Below are positions 15,193-35,861 of a stretch of 64,000 bases of DNA, in pieces. The number at the start of each line of letters is the position of its first letter. Positions within the stretch are counted from its first letter, which is position 1. The translations under genes were made by a program, and so were the position numbers. This DNA is from the human T2T-CHM13v2.0 reference genome, Homo sapiens: assembly GCF_009914755.1 (NCBI RefSeq), contig NC_060943.1, one strand, 5' to 3'. The notes below the pieces were generated by a model. That model ran no database searches, was not told where the DNA came from, and saw nothing but the letters and a program-made list of their open reading frames with translations.

Positions 15193-15491
15193 GGCTGGGT
15201 GCGGTGGCTTACGCCTGTAATCCCAGCACTTTGGGAGGCCAAGGCGTGTGGATCACGAGGTCAGGAGATCGAGACCATCCTGGCTAACACGGTGAAACTC
15301 CGTCTCTACTAAAAATACAAAAAAATTAGCCGGGCGTGGTGGTGGACGCCTGTAGTTCCAGCTACTCGGGAGGCTGAGGCAGGAGCATGGCGTGAACCCA
15401 GGAGGCGGAGCTTGCGGTGAGCCAAGATCGTACCACTGCACTCCAGCCTGGGCGACAGAGTGAGACTCCGTCTCAATAAAACAACAAAAAA
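15193..15491 (+). mobile_element. AluY with TSD aaccacacagagg
   Basis: gatcacgaggtcaggagatcgagaccatcctggctaacacgg and ggcgtgaaccc diagnostics. Confidence 0.9.
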
Positions 15492-15634
15492 AACCACACA
15501 GAGGAAAAAATAATTCAGATAACTTTTACACTCTTAGTAGGATATATTCTAACAACAAATAGAACTACTAAGAAAACTTGACTTTGATTTGTATTATTGG
15601 TGTTATTATTTATTTATTTATTTATTTATTTTGA

Positions 15635-15931
<297 letters not shown>

Positions 15932-15959
15932 TAAACTGTTTTGTATGTATTATAGGAAA

Positions 15960-17170
15960 GGGCAAATGAATAAAATACTTATGTTGGGAAATAGTGTTTT
16001 TACCATGGAGACGGAAGATATAAATATGGAATGGGAAAGGTGAGAAAGAACCCTGTGGTGCTGAATGTAAATAGATGGTATGTGTATGGACTCATTTTTT
16101 AAAAACTGGTTATTTCCTAGCTCTGTTCGTAGAAAGGACCTAGAAACAATGGAAACCCCGTAGCAAGGGACACATGTAGACTCAGCTCTTAGTTTCTAAA
16201 TACCACTCCCCACTAAAAGGAACAAGGGCCCATTGAAAAACAAAGGAAAAGACATACTTTTTTCATATAAAAATGCCTGCTAATAAGTAGAAGCAGTGGT
16301 AGATAAAGAAAATTGCCATTTTCTAATCTCAGTATAATAATTAGCGAGGATTATCATTAGATGCTGAAGTCATTGGGTGAAAGGTGTTAGGACAGCATAT
16401 TAAGGTGGTCTTAAAGTATCATCCCACAATTTACAAAGGGGGAAAAATGTACCCTTGTAACACAGACATCTGGTGGTTACCAACTTCGTTGAGTGCTCAA
16501 GTTTAGCATTGCCATGAACAATTATGTGTCTCCTGTTGTGATGATTGGGGTGGGGGGCAAAACATAATATCACCTTTGTGGGGTTCTTGCTGAAAATACA
16601 GAATCTAATTTTGAAGAAATGGGCTTATATATCCAGAAGGTGGGTTGTTTTGCGAGACAGTTATCCACACTCTTCAAAAGATTCAATATTACAAAGAATG
16701 GAGAGAGGCAGCAGAACTGCTTTAGGCTGGCAAAGACTGAAGAGACATAACATCCAAATGTAATATAGAATCGAATACTGGGCTTTTAAAAAGTTGGCGT
16801 GTTTGTTTCCTGCAGGGGAGAAAAAGAAAACTTAAAAAGTTGGTGTGAAGAACATTTTAGGGACTACTAAGGAACTTTTGAGTATGGACTAATTGTTGGA
16901 TTTTGTTATTATTGTTAATTTTCTGGTTAATCATATGGGAAAGTGTTTTTGTTTGGGGGAGGTGGTTTTGAAGTATTTAAAAGTAAAAGGGCCAAATTGA
17001 TTTTAGCCTCTCTAAACAAAAGAAAAATGTGCATATTAAGGTATAAAGATGGAGAAACAGAGTGGGTTTGGTTAGATGTTAACAGTTGATGAGTCTAGGT
17101 GAGGAATATATTGATATTCTGTGTACTCCTTCAATTTTAACATAGGTTTGACATTTTTCATAATTAAAAA
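15960..17170 (+). mobile_element. Old L1MC-like 3'UTR fragment
   Basis: ttcctagctctg...ctagaaacaatg, gtttctaaataccactccccactaaaaggaac blocks. Confidence 0.6.
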
Positions 17171-17801
17171 TTAATTCCTTTTAGACTTACTTTAGGTGAA
17201 ATAGTGTAACTTTGGTCCATAAATTTCCAAATCCAGTAGTAAGATCAATGTTATTTATTCATGTTAAATCAAGATATACCGCATGTTAACTGTAACTTAG
17301 AATCCTTTCCTGGGGATTCAAGTAAGGAATGATTGCAAATTGTATTATCCTTTTTGAGGCTCCTTTGACTAAATTAAATAGTTAACTGACTTTGAGATCA
17401 TCATTATACTTCTTATGTTACCATGAAGTTTATGTAACTAATTATGTTAAAAAATTTGAACAGGATCAAGCACGTAGTATCTATATAGTAACTATTGCTT
17501 CTGCCATTCTTCAAGGTTTACTTTTTAATCAGAGTATTTTGTGGTTGTGAAATGCTTTTATAAATATTTTAATCTAATTTTAATATTATTGTGGGTTGTT
17601 GGTTTATTACTTGGGTGTCACAAAAGTAGAAGATTTTACTGGCATTTTCCATGTCAGTAGAGTAATTTTTGCAGGGTCAGATTATTTTTGATTAATTGAT
17701 TTCCATATTGGTTAGGATAATTTGTGGAGTGGCTAATTAGAAAACTAGTGTTAGAAGTTACCAAATGAGGAAGAGGAAAGCTGTGGCATTGGTCAAGGTG
17801 A

Positions 17802-17954
<153 letters not shown>

Positions 17955-18228
17955 TGAGTAGCTGCGGTTACAAGCATGTGCCACCACGCCCAGCTAATTT
18001 TTGTATTTTTAGTAGAGACAGGGTTTCACCATGTTGGTCAGGCTGGTCTCAAACTCCTGACCTCTTGATCCGCCCGCCTCAGCCTCCCAAAGTGCTGGGA
18101 TTACAGGCGTGAGCCACCATGCCCAGCCAAATTTAGCTTTTGTTGGCACAAAGTAAACCACATTTTAAGCTAGGCCTCTTTTCATTTTTGGTTCCTAGTA
18201 TTCTGATTTTAAAAGGAAATTTAAATGA

Positions 18229-18522
<294 letters not shown>

Positions 18523-18609
18523 TGATCTCGAACTCCTGGGTTCAGTCTGCCTGCCTCCGCCTCCCAAAGTGTTGGGAACCACCATGCCCACCCTTATTAT
18601 TGCTTTTTA

Positions 18610-19161
<552 letters not shown>

Positions 19162-19165
19162 TTAA

Positions 19166-19351
<186 letters not shown>

Positions 19352-20093
19352 TAGCCAGGATGGTCTCGATCTCCTGACCTCGTGATCCGCCCGCCTCGGC
19401 CTCCCAAAGTGCTAGGATTACAGGCGTGAGCCACCGCGCCTGGCGGACTTTTCTTAAAACTGATGCAAAAATAATTCTTATGTGTAAGAGATTAGATCAT
19501 TACTGGCCTTAATTTCTGAACTCTTGGAAAAATTAAACACCTCACAATAAATGAAGCATCAAAACAGTATTTCCCTGTGTTACCATTGAACAGTAGCAAG
19601 AGCTTACTGCTGCAGTTAGAAAAAGGATTCATAGAAACAGTGAAAGGTATAGATTGACCAGCTATCTAAAGTAATTCTATAGCAAGGATTACAGTGAAGA
19701 AACATGGAGCAATTAGATGTTTTTTCTGTTATATTTACTCCAGTTGATTGTTTAAGTCTCATAATCTTATGTGCCAGATGGAGGAGTATTGGCTGAATAG
19801 ACCATCAGTGGGTACATTTTAGTTGATTAAATAGCCAAACCATATTGGAGGATGGTTCTCTTAGGTCTCCAGTGTTTTGTAGAGACTAATTTTTAATCAC
19901 TGAGTGATGAAGCCTTGAAGAGATGCTTACGAACTTTACAGTTAGCATAAAGCCAGGGGGGTGTTTCAACCATTATGGATGTTAAACTAAGGATTGTTAA
20001 AGATCAGACCAGGCACAGTGGCTCACGCCTGTAATCCCAGCACTTTGGGAGGCTGAGACGAGTGAATCATTTGAGGTCAGGAGTTCAGGATCA

Positions 20094-20324
<231 letters not shown>

Positions 20325-20334
20325 CTACTTTGGT

Positions 20335-23630
<3,296 letters not shown>

Positions 23631-24005
23631 AGAATTGGAGTAGAGCGAGGGGGGTGTGGCACGATCAGGAACTCACGGAAGAGATTTGCTCTAACCATTG
23701 AATGCGTAATCCAGAGGACAAGCAATGGGAGGCCAAGCCAGGTGAGGAAACACAGAGCAGCCTGGAGATGCAAATATACATCAAAGTGGCTGATGTCTTG
23801 GTCATCACCCAGGAATACTAGAAATAACTGGATGGGTTCTACTCCCCACAGAATTCTTGAAAGCGCTAGTCCCCACATTACCGGGATATTGTGGGAAGTT
23901 GTATTAGGCTTCTCCTGAGCTTACTGGAGCTGCAGCCAGACTGGACTGCACCTCCAAGGGAGTCCCAGTGGCTCCCCTTGTCTAAGATACTGTGCTGCTT
24001 TCTGA

Positions 24006-24182
<177 letters not shown>

Positions 24183-25408
24183 TGAATTTTTGTAGAGACG
24201 AGGTTTCATCATATTGGTCAGGCCAGTCTTGAACTCCTGATCTCGTGATCTGCCCACCTCGGCCTCCCAAAATGCTGGGATTACAGGTGTGAGCCACTGC
24301 GCCCGGCCCTAAAGCCACATTTTAAGAGGGATAAGAACAAATAGAATTCATTAAATTAGGAGTCCAAGAAAGGAAGGGGAGAGTGTCCTAAAGACCATGT
24401 GAAGTGAGTAATGGTTGAAGGGACTGGAGTTGACTAACCTGAAAATGAGCAAATTGCAAGGGGCATGATTGTAATCTTCATGTGTTTTAGGAGCAGAAGG
24501 ATAAACTTCTGCTGTGGGCTAGACTGGTGAAAATATAGAAAATGTTGAGAGAAGAGGTAGGTTTTATTAACTGAAGTGAATAGTTTGAACTTTTATCTTG
24601 AGGACAGTGGAAGCCACCAGAAGGTCTAAAGCACGATAATGTTATTACATTTATATTTTGTAAAGAATCACTCTGACTACCATCTTTAGGTTGGATTTAG
24701 AGGTTGTGGAAGGGGGAGGTACTGTTGAAATATAGTGAAAACCTGCTTAGATGAAATACCAAGGAAAGAGCACAGTATATCAAAAGTGAATGATCCCTAA
24801 GTACTGTAGAAACTTAGAGAAGAAATTTGATATAACCTAGTATGGCAGAGAATTGGGCCCTTTCTAGGGACCTTTTTACTCATATTGCCAGAACTTTTTG
24901 CAGCTGCTTTAGGCAGAATGCAGCCTCACAGTCCTATCTTAAGGGGAAGCATTGAAACCAGAGTCCATTGTCTATTGCCTTGGAAATGCTAAAAAAGCTC
25001 CTCGTAAACCTGTCTGCTGATTTGGCTGTTTGTCCAGATACTTAGTATTAGAATCACTGAACCTTAATGTTGGTGTTGAATGTACCATTTCTGCTACTTC
25101 TCTAGTTGGTATGGGTCCTTGCTGTCCCATCTGCATAACTGCCTAGGACAGCACTCCATGTGTTATAAACATTGCTTGCATCCAAGGATAGTGGACAGTA
25201 TATTGGCTCCCCCTTCCCCTGCCCTCCATATTGCCATAAAATTCCCAAACTATTCAGTACACTTTAATTTCCAAGATTATTAATTTGTACAGATGCTGGG
25301 GGGAGAGGTAGACAATTACCATCATTAAAATGCTGCATTACTTTATATCATTGAATAATGTCAAACATTTTTTAAAATTTTTTTATCATTTAAAAACATC
25401 TCTTTAAG

Positions 25409-25531
25409 CTGGAAGCTCTTTGACATCCTTTGGAACAGAAACATCAAACAGTGGTACCTTACCCCAAAGTAGTGCGGTTGGTTCTGCCTTTACACAGGAT
25501 ACAAGATCTCTAAAAACACAGTTATCTCAAG
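25409..25531 (+). CDS. LSM14A: LSM14A exon 4 (123 nt; [20 protein letters not shown]...KTQLSQ); missed by the ORF track
   Basis: ctctttaag|CT acceptor, AAG|gtaagc donor; open frame joins exons 3 and 5 (phase 1-1). Confidence 0.94.
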
Positions 25532-26341
25532 GTAAGCTATCTCATCCCTAAAATATTTCCATTCTAAACTTTTATAGTGGTTTTTGTCTTTCTGAATGTA
25601 AGAGCTTTTGCAGCTTGTAAATCGCGTGTATAATTTCTATTTGGCTCTTTTAAAATTTTTCTCCAAATCGCTGTATTGCAATGAATATATTATTGAATGA
25701 CTCTCACTATTTAGACTTATTACAGTTCTTAGATCATGAAACTGAAATGCTGAGCATTCTCTAAGTTGGACTTTTTTTGCAAAGCAATTATATAACTTGT
25801 ATGTAACACTTAAATATATCAAATTAGGCTCATACTCACCATTAAAGTTGAGCTATCCAAGATGAATTGGAAATATCATCTGAAAAAAACTGTATTATGC
25901 TGTTAACATTTTCCCTAACATCCTCACAGGATGGAAAGTAGTGGTTCTCAGTGTAGGCTACCCACAACTGAATCATCTGGGGTGCTTCTTAAAAATTTAA
26001 ATCCTGAGACTTATACATCAGAATCCCTGGAGCCTGAGGATTTATATTTTAATAAGCTTCTTAAAGGATTGTTTTATTTCTTAAGATTCTGCTCTTCAAC
26101 CAGCCAGTCTCATAATTTTAAATGGTTATCCATACCTTTTATTCTTATCTTTGTTTCTTCCTTTTTTCTTAATCTTTTTCTTTCTTTTATTTACTTATTA
26201 GAGATGAGGTCTCCCTGTATTGCCCAGGCTGGTCTCGAACTCCTGGGCTCAAGCGATCCATTTGCCTTGGCCTCCCCAAAGTGTTGGGATGTTGGGATTA
26301 CAGGTGTGAGCCATTGGGCCTGGCTTTTTTTTTTTTTTTAA

Positions 26342-26496
26342 AGATAGGTCTCACTATGCTGCCCAAACTGAAATGCAGTGGCTATTTACAGATGTGATCA
26401 TAGTGCACTGCAGCCTTGGACACCTGGCCCCAAACAAGCCTCCCACTTTAGCTTCCCCAGTAGCTGGGGCTACAGCCTTGTGCCACCATGCTCGGC
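26342..26496 (-). mobile_element. FAM (fossil Alu monomer)
   Basis: Monomer with the diagnostic gcagtggctatttacag segment absent from dimeric Alu. Confidence 0.8.
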
Positions 26497-26738
26497 TTTT
26501 CCTTATCTATTTTTATGCACTTTAGAAATGGGTATTTTTGGCTCATTGCTTTATATGAATGGTTTTTGTTTTGTTTTGTTTTTAAGTAAAACAATGTTAA
26601 GTCATTTCAGAAAGACCTATAGTCACAAGACAGTATTTTAAAAAGCTATTAAGGGTAAAAATTCAATGCTAAACATAATCTTATGTATTTCACTTAAGAT
26701 ATTTTGAAATAGTTCTTACTGTTACTCATATTGATTAG

Positions 26739-27097
<359 letters not shown>

Positions 27098-27202
27098 TGA
27101 GATAGGGTCCTGCTCTGTCTCCCAGACTGGAATGCAGTGGTGTGATCATGGCTCACTGCAGCCTCTACCTCCTGAGCTCAGGCCATCCTCCCAATTAGCT
27201 GA

Positions 27203-27397
<195 letters not shown>

Positions 27398-27418
27398 TAA
27401 ATATTGAAATTAGCATTA

Positions 27419-27619
<201 letters not shown>

Positions 27620-30600
27620 CTACTAAAAATACAAAAATTAGCCGGGCATGGTGGCGTGCACCTGTAATCCCAGCTACTCAGGAGGCTGAGGTGGGAGAAC
27701 CCGGGAGGCAGAGGTTGCAGTGAGCCGAGATCACGCTACTGCACTCCAGCTTGGGCGACAGAGCGAGACTCCATCTTAAAAAAAAAAAAAATTTAATAGT
27801 CCTAAAGCCTAATCCATTGATTATGTAATGAGGAGAAAAGATGATTACAGTAATGCAAAATAGAAATTGTATACAAAATATATAATAAGAAATAAGTTGG
27901 TCATACTAAGAAATATGACCAACTTCTATGATAAATAATGTAAGACAGGGACATAAAAGTTGCATGTAATGGAAAAAACATATCTTATTCCTAGATAGAA
28001 GAACAAGAACAGTACCAGCACTTAGGGAGGCAAAGCCAGGATGATCACTTGAGCCCACGAGTTTGAGACCAGCCTGAGCAACGTAGTGAAACTTCATCTC
28101 TACCAAAAAATTTTAAAAATAAGCAGAGTATGATGGTGGACACCTGTGGTCCTAGCTACTCAAGAGGCTGAGACAGGAGGATCACTTGAGCCCAGGAGGC
28201 CGAGGCTGCAGTGAGCCCTAACTGCACTACCTCACTCCAGCCTGGGCGACAGAACCAAGACCCTGTCCCCCCCCAAAAAAAAAAGATGTTGGGAAGACTT
28301 TACTCCTCATAGTTAACAAATTTATTGCAAATTAATTAAAAATCAATGCAAATAGAATAGTAGGAGAACTTAGTAAAACAGTTTATCTTTAAAATAAACA
28401 TGGAAGTGTGGCTGGACATATTTGAAAAATAAAAGTAATGGGTTTACTGACATGATAATAAAATGTAGCAATGCAGGAAAAAAGAAAGAGATGAATAGAA
28501 AGCAATAGGCAGGCAGAAACAGATCCGAGTATAAATAAGAATTTATCCTGGGTGCAGTGGTTCATGCCTGAAACCCTAACATTTTGCCAGTTCAAGATGG
28601 AAGCCAGGGATTTGAGACTAGCCTGGGCAACATACCAGGACCCTGTCTCTAAAAAAATTAAAAATTAGCTGGGCGTGATGTGTGCGCCTATCAGCTTGAG
28701 AGGCTGAAGCTAGAGGATTGCTTGAGCCCAGGAGGTCAAGGTGGCAGCAAGCTGTGATTGCGGCCCTGCACACTGGCCTAGGCAACAGAGCAAGAATTCA
28801 TCTTAAAAGAATTTAGTAGATGATAAAGGTATTATTTTAAATTAGTGGAGAGAAGGCTGTCTGTTCCAATTAATAATGTTGCCTGATCATTTGGAGAAAG
28901 TCACTCTAGATTCTTTCCCTCATACTGAGCACCAAAAAATATATAAATTTTAAATAGATTAAAATGTTAAAAATTTTGAAGTATGTGTTTATTAAAAGAA
29001 AGAGGTGTATTTACATAAAGTTATGACAAATGACAAGTCCTAAGAGTTTGCATTTAAGTTTTATCAACTAAAATTGCTGAATTTCACAAAATTAAAATTC
29101 CTAGAATTTTAAGTGTGATAAGATTGTGAAGATAGCTCAAGGGAGTGTGTCTATAATATGCAGAAATCACTTCTGGATTTATTCCTAATAATGTATCCAG
29201 TATCACAGTATCACCTGTATTTCCCTGTTTATAACAAAACTGGCATCATGATGATTAGTAGGCCTTAATAGTGAAAAGGCTTTTTAAGTACACAACAAAT
29301 GTTTCTGTACTTGCTCCGATTGCCCCATTGCTTGTACTTCTGTAGTACTTGTGAGCCATAGGATCTTTTCTCAAAAGCCTTGATAAAGAAGTTTTATAAA
29401 CTTATAAGATGATTTAATGTAGTACCATAAAATTAACTGTAGCAGTAGGCTTTTTCAGGAAGACATGTGAAATAAAAAAAATTAGCAAGGTGTGGTAGCG
29501 CACATCTATAGTCCTAGCTACTCAAGAGGCTGAGGCAGGAAGATCATTGGGTCCCAGGAGTTAGAAGTTGCAGCGAGCTGTGATTGCGCCACTGCACTCC
29601 AGCCAGAGCAACAGAACAAGACCCTATCCTGTCCCTAAAAAACAAAAAACAAAATGTGTTTTATAAGTGATTATAAAATGTTTTTTTCATAGGCCAAAAC
29701 TTATATAAACCATGATTTCCCATTATAATCCAGTGGAAAAATTGTAATGCTTCTATTAGTGGTAACTTAATTTTGAAATGTTAAGTAGATTGTGCCTGTG
29801 TCGGTTTCTGGGTTTTGATAAATGATCATTTATTTGGCTAACTTTGCCATTAATGGCTGAAATGGTATTGCACATTTGTAAGTGCATACTTTAGATAATC
29901 ATAAATTGGGGAAATATTACTAATAAATTATCCCTGAATCATCTAGGTACATAATAATGCATTGTCAGCACTCACCAGTTGTTTGACACCTGCAAATATG
30001 CACAGATGGACAGTAACATTTGCAGCATATTTGGGGGATTTTTTTACGTGAAATGAGCATTTTTTTTAAGCAAAACATTATATTTTGGAATAATTATGAG
30101 ATGTGAGTGCCTAAGCAGAGATGTACAGCAAACATTATCAGGACAGAAAGCATGATGGGAGCACCCGATGTTACATTCTTCAGTTCATGCTGTGACCAGG
30201 CGACCTCATAAAAGGAAAAATATAATGTATAAGTACAAACCCCATTTTTTGTTTTGGCTCTTTTATATTTGTATTTTTTGAGACAGAGTCTAGTTTTGTC
30301 ACCCAGGCTGGATGCAGTGGACCGATCTCGGCTCACTACAACCTCTGCCTCCCAGGCTCAAGCAATCCACCCACTTCAGCCCCCTGAGTAGCTGGGGTTA
30401 CAGGCATGTGCCACCACACCTGGCTAATTTTTGTATTTTTTTTGTAGAGACAGGCTTTCGCCATGTTGTTCAGGCTGGTCTCGAACTCCTGAGCTCAAGC
30501 GATCTGCCCACCTCAGCCTCCCAAATTGCTGGGATTATAGGTGTGAGCAACCGCGCCCAGCCAAACCCCATATTAAGCAAAAACTTGCCAAGAGATCTTT

Positions 30601-30773
30601 TAAAAGGCAAGGAATGAGTATGGCTACTGTGTAATTATCTGAAGGGTTTTTTTTGTTTGTTTTTTGGTTTTGTTTGTTTGTTTTTTTGCTGGCCTTTTAG
30701 TTTTTATGTTTAATTACCCAAGCCCCTAAAGCATTAAAGAACTTCACCTATCTAACTTTGTAGTTCTTTTACT

Positions 30774-30808
<35 letters not shown>

Positions 30809-31603
30809 TGAGACAGGGCCTTGCTCTGTCACCTAGGCTAGAGTGCAGTGGCACAATCTCGGCTCACTGCAGCTTCTGCCTCCCGGGTTCAAGCTATCCC
30901 ATCTCAGCCTCCTGAGTAGCTGGGAACACAGGCACGCGCCACCACGCCTGGCTAATTTTTGTATTTTCAGTAGAGACAGGGTTTCGCCATGTTGCCTAGG
31001 CTGGTCTTGAAATCCTGGGCTCAAGCGATCCTCCTGCTTCAGCCTCCCAAAGGACTAGGATTACAGGCATATGCCACTGCGCCCGGCCCTTTACTTTCTT
31101 ATAATAGAAATTTAATGGAGTTAATACCTGTAGATAGATGTAAAGGTATTGTTTTAGTCATCTACAGAAAGTACTAAGAAAGATTAAAACAAGTCACCAT
31201 AGTCTTATGGTTGTCATTGGCGAAAGCCTGTGTTTGACCTGACTACAACATGATAATTTGTAGGATAATTCTAGGGAATCTCGTACCTGGCAGCAATTTT
31301 TTTTTTTTTTTTTGATGTAAACTCTTCCACTAAGTAGAAATAACAGATAAAATTGTGAGGGGGAGGGAGTTGTTTTGAAGTTGTTGAAGTTTTTTTTTAA
31401 ATTATTATTATTTTTTATTTTTAACCTAATGACAAGCCCACTAAGGATACCATTCTTAATATCTGGTCTGATAAGTGGATTAATTCAAATTTGTGCTAAG
31501 GGTTTGAATTGATAGAAATAAAACTCTGGACAATTTTTTTTAGGGTCTAGATTATTTTGAAATCCCCAATAGGGTAGTTTGTTATCTTTTGGTTACATTT
31601 TAG

Positions 31604-31780
31604 GTCGCTCAAGCCCTCAGTTAGACCCTTTGAGAAAAAGCCCAACCATGGAACAAGCAGTGCAGACCGCCTCAGCCCACTTACCTGCTCCAGCAGCTGT
31701 TGGGAGAAGGAGTCCTGTATCAACCAGGCCTTTGCCATCTGCCAGCCAAAAGGCAGGAGAGAATCAGGAGCACAGGCGAG
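31604..31780 (+). CDS. LSM14A: LSM14A exon 5 (177 nt; [18 protein letters not shown]...NQEHRR)
   Basis: acattttag|GT acceptor, GAG|gtagaa donor; SP-rich disordered linker. Confidence 0.96.
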
Positions 31781-32075
31781 GTAGAACTTTAGCTGTTTAC
31801 TGTTCCTTAATTGACTGATCAATGTTTTCCACTCACTTTATTTTCATTAGAAGGATTTACTTCATGTGAATGATCCCAGAAAATTAAACTGAATATGATA
31901 GAATGTTTGGTCTTTCAAATTTGACTCAAAGTGGTGGTGGTGTGGGTATAGTTTTTTGGGCATTGCACAGGCTTTGTTTTGGGTTTTTTGGTTTGTTTGT
32001 TTGCATTTCTAACTGTGGAAGTTTTTGATGATGTACCCTGAGTTGATTTGGCACTTTGCATGTCTTCTTCTGTAG

Positions 32076-32141
32076 CTGAAGTACACAAAGTTTCAAGGCC
32101 AGAAAATGAGCAACTCAGAAATGATAACAAGAGACAAGTAG
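32076..32141 (+). CDS. LSM14A: LSM14A exon 6 (66 nt; [22 protein letters not shown])
   Basis: ttcttctgtag|CT acceptor, TAG|gtaagt donor; phase 1-1. Confidence 0.95.
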
Positions 32142-32234
32142 GTAAGTTCTTGGATCTAAAAGTCATATTCTATGCTTCTCAACAGGGAGAATATTTTAAA
32201 TATATGATACATAATTACTATAAAAAAATGAAAG

Positions 32235-32595
32235 GCGGGGGTTGTGACTGTAAAGGAGGAGCACAGGGGAGTGTCACTGTGGTGACAGAACAGTCCTTTA
32301 TCTTGATTGTGGTGGTGGTTTTGCAAATCTATATATGGTAGAACATCATAGAACTATGCATAAAGACATACCAAAAAATGAGTACATGTACAAACTGGTG
32401 ACATCTGAGCAAGGTCTGTAGTTTAGTTAATTAGATTGTGCCTGTGTCGGTTTCTTGGTTTCGATAATGTACCATAATTATATAAGATGTGACTGTTGGA
32501 GTTTGGGAAGTTGGGTGATGGGCACAAGGGACGACTCTGAACTAGTTTTTCAATTTTTCTTTTCTATAATTACTTTAAAATAAAAAGATTTTTTA
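32235..32595 (+). mobile_element. L1MD/L1MC-type 3' end fragment
   Basis: tatcttgattgtggtggtggtt ... gagtacatgtacaaactggtga ... tataattactttaaaataaaa. Confidence 0.7.
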
Positions 32596-32610
32596 AAATT
32601 TTACTTTTCT

Positions 32611-33011
<401 letters not shown>

Positions 33012-34499
33012 TCACGGCAGCCTCCGCCTCCCGGGTTCAAGTAATTCTCCTGCCTCAGCCTCCCTAGTAGCTGGGATTACAGCCGCGTGCCACCATACCC
33101 AGCTAATTTTTGTATTTTTAGTAGAAACAGGGCTTTGCCATGTTGGCCAGGCTGGCCTCAAACTCCTGACCTTATTTTCCACCCACCTCAGCCTCCCGAA
33201 GTATTGGGATTATAGGCGTGAGCCACCGCACCCAGCCAGGCAGTTATCTTTTAATATGTTCTTGAGTATTTCCTGCTAGAAGGATTTGTTCGTTTATATT
33301 TACATTTTCCTATGGCTTCTACTTTTGTGGTTTTTATGTTTTGTGTCAGTTTCAAGTTAGGATTATAAAATTGGTTTTCATTGTTTTCTATGCCTTTGGG
33401 AATGGAATTTTCTTCATGTTACAAGTTTGAAACGTTTCCTCATTAAAATTAAGCCCAGAGGCCAGGCACGGTGGCTCACACCTGTAATCTCAGCACTTTG
33501 GGACGCCGAGGCGGGCAGGTCACGAGGTCAGGAGTTTGAGATCAGCCTGGCCATACGGTGAAACCCTGTCTCTACTAAAAATAGAAAAATTAGCTGGGTG
33601 TGGTGGCACACGCCTGTAGTCCCAGCTGCTCGGGAGGCTGAGGCAGGAGAATCACTTGAACCCGGGAGGCGAGGTTGTAGTGAGCCAAGATCGTACCACT
33701 GCACTCCAGCCTGGGCAACAGAGCGAGAGTCTGTCAAAAAAAAAAAAAAAAAAATTGAGCCCAGATCCTGTTTTTGAATCAGTTGTTTAAGAGCTGTAGT
33801 TTTCTTTTATGATTATTGATTTAATAAGGTTTTATATTTTCTTTATCTGTTTTGTAATATATAACATTCTAAAATCATTCATTTTATTAATATTTTCAAA
33901 TTTATTAATGGAAAATAAATTATAATTTTACAACTCTTCTAAATTAAAAAGGGAATGTATAATCTACCTTATTTAGAAAATGATTGAAAAATGATCTTTC
34001 ACTTAATTTTAGAAATCTAGATATGATATTTTTAGATGTATATGTACTCTTCTCTACATTTATATATATATATATTTTTATATCCCCCCCCCGTTTTTTT
34101 TTTTTTTTTTTTTTTTTTGAGACAGAGTCAACCTCTGTCACCCAGGCTGGAGTGCAGTGGGGCACGATCTCAGCTCACTGCAACCTCCACCGCCCGGGTT
34201 CATGCCATTCTCCTGCCTCACCCTCCTGAGTAGCTGGGACTACATATGCCATGGAATACAGAATTTTGTTTAATTTGACTCATTATATTTTACCCTTTTT
34301 ATTCAGAAAAAGAGAGAGCTCCCCTCCCAAAATAAAATAACTGCCATACTATCTTTCATTGCCCTTCAAAACTCACCCCACCAAAGAGGTTCATTAACAG
34401 AACAGTGCATATTCTTCCCGATTTTTTTTGTAGATTTTACAGACACAGACATCTATACCCAAAACCTTTTTTTTTTTTTTTTTTTCCCCCTGGAGATAG

Positions 34500-34838
<339 letters not shown>

Positions 34839-35861
34839 TTAATAGTAGAGGTGAATGTTTCAAACATCCTACTTATCTAGATTTATGTCTGGATATGCTG
34901 CTGTGGGGTTTTGTGGTTTGTTTTCTCAAACCCAGGCAGTTTGCCAAACCTCAGCAAACAGCGCAAACCTATCTTGTTACCCTGTAGTCACTTCTCATCC
35001 TTGTCAGTATGTGTGGAGCATTTCACGCAATTGTGATCATTAAACTCATACTGGTTTCTGTTCTGCGTTTTTCAGTTAACATCAAATATTCTTCCTCTGT
35101 TTTTTTCTTGTTAGTCATTTTTCTTGTGTTGGATATTTGGGTTCCCACGTTTTTCACTATAAATTATGCTGCTTTGTATTGCTTTATCATGTCTCTTATG
35201 ATTGGCTGAAATTTTACTGTGTTATAGAGGAGAGAGAATGTGTAGATACAGGAAGGCTTGAATAATATAGAGCCATCTGGAGAGACACAGTAAAGATGGA
35301 GTAGGAAGTGTTTTGAGTCAGTAAGGATTGGTGCTTGTCTGTTTTTTATCTGTGATGTGGAAATAACACCTATTTTCTTGCAATTTGTGCCGATTAGTGT
35401 TTATTTTTCTTACTATAAATCTTGGTTCCTGTTATTCTTTCCATAAAAGGCTTTCTACATTTTGAGAACCCACTGTGTGTCTGGCACTTCAGTTTGCCGG
35501 TGTTGGGGATATAGCAGTAAGGAAAACAAAGCCCCTGACCTCAAGTAGCATACATTAATTTAGTGCAGAAGCCTCCACACTTGCCTGGCTGTATACTCTG
35601 TCAGTAACACATGTGAGTGTGGACTCCATAAATACAAATGTTTAGAAATTTTGTGTGAGCTATTCTCAGTCTACATATTAAATATTAGTGAAACTTAATT
35701 TTTTATTTTGTATAAAAAATACAAATACAATAAAATATATAGAGAGACCTGTAAGCATTTCTGTTGTTGACTGTTGAATCTAAAGAGCACAATAGCAACA
35801 TCTGTGCTAAACCAGCTATTACATATTGAATGTCCTTTGTATATATTCTTTATTATCATAG

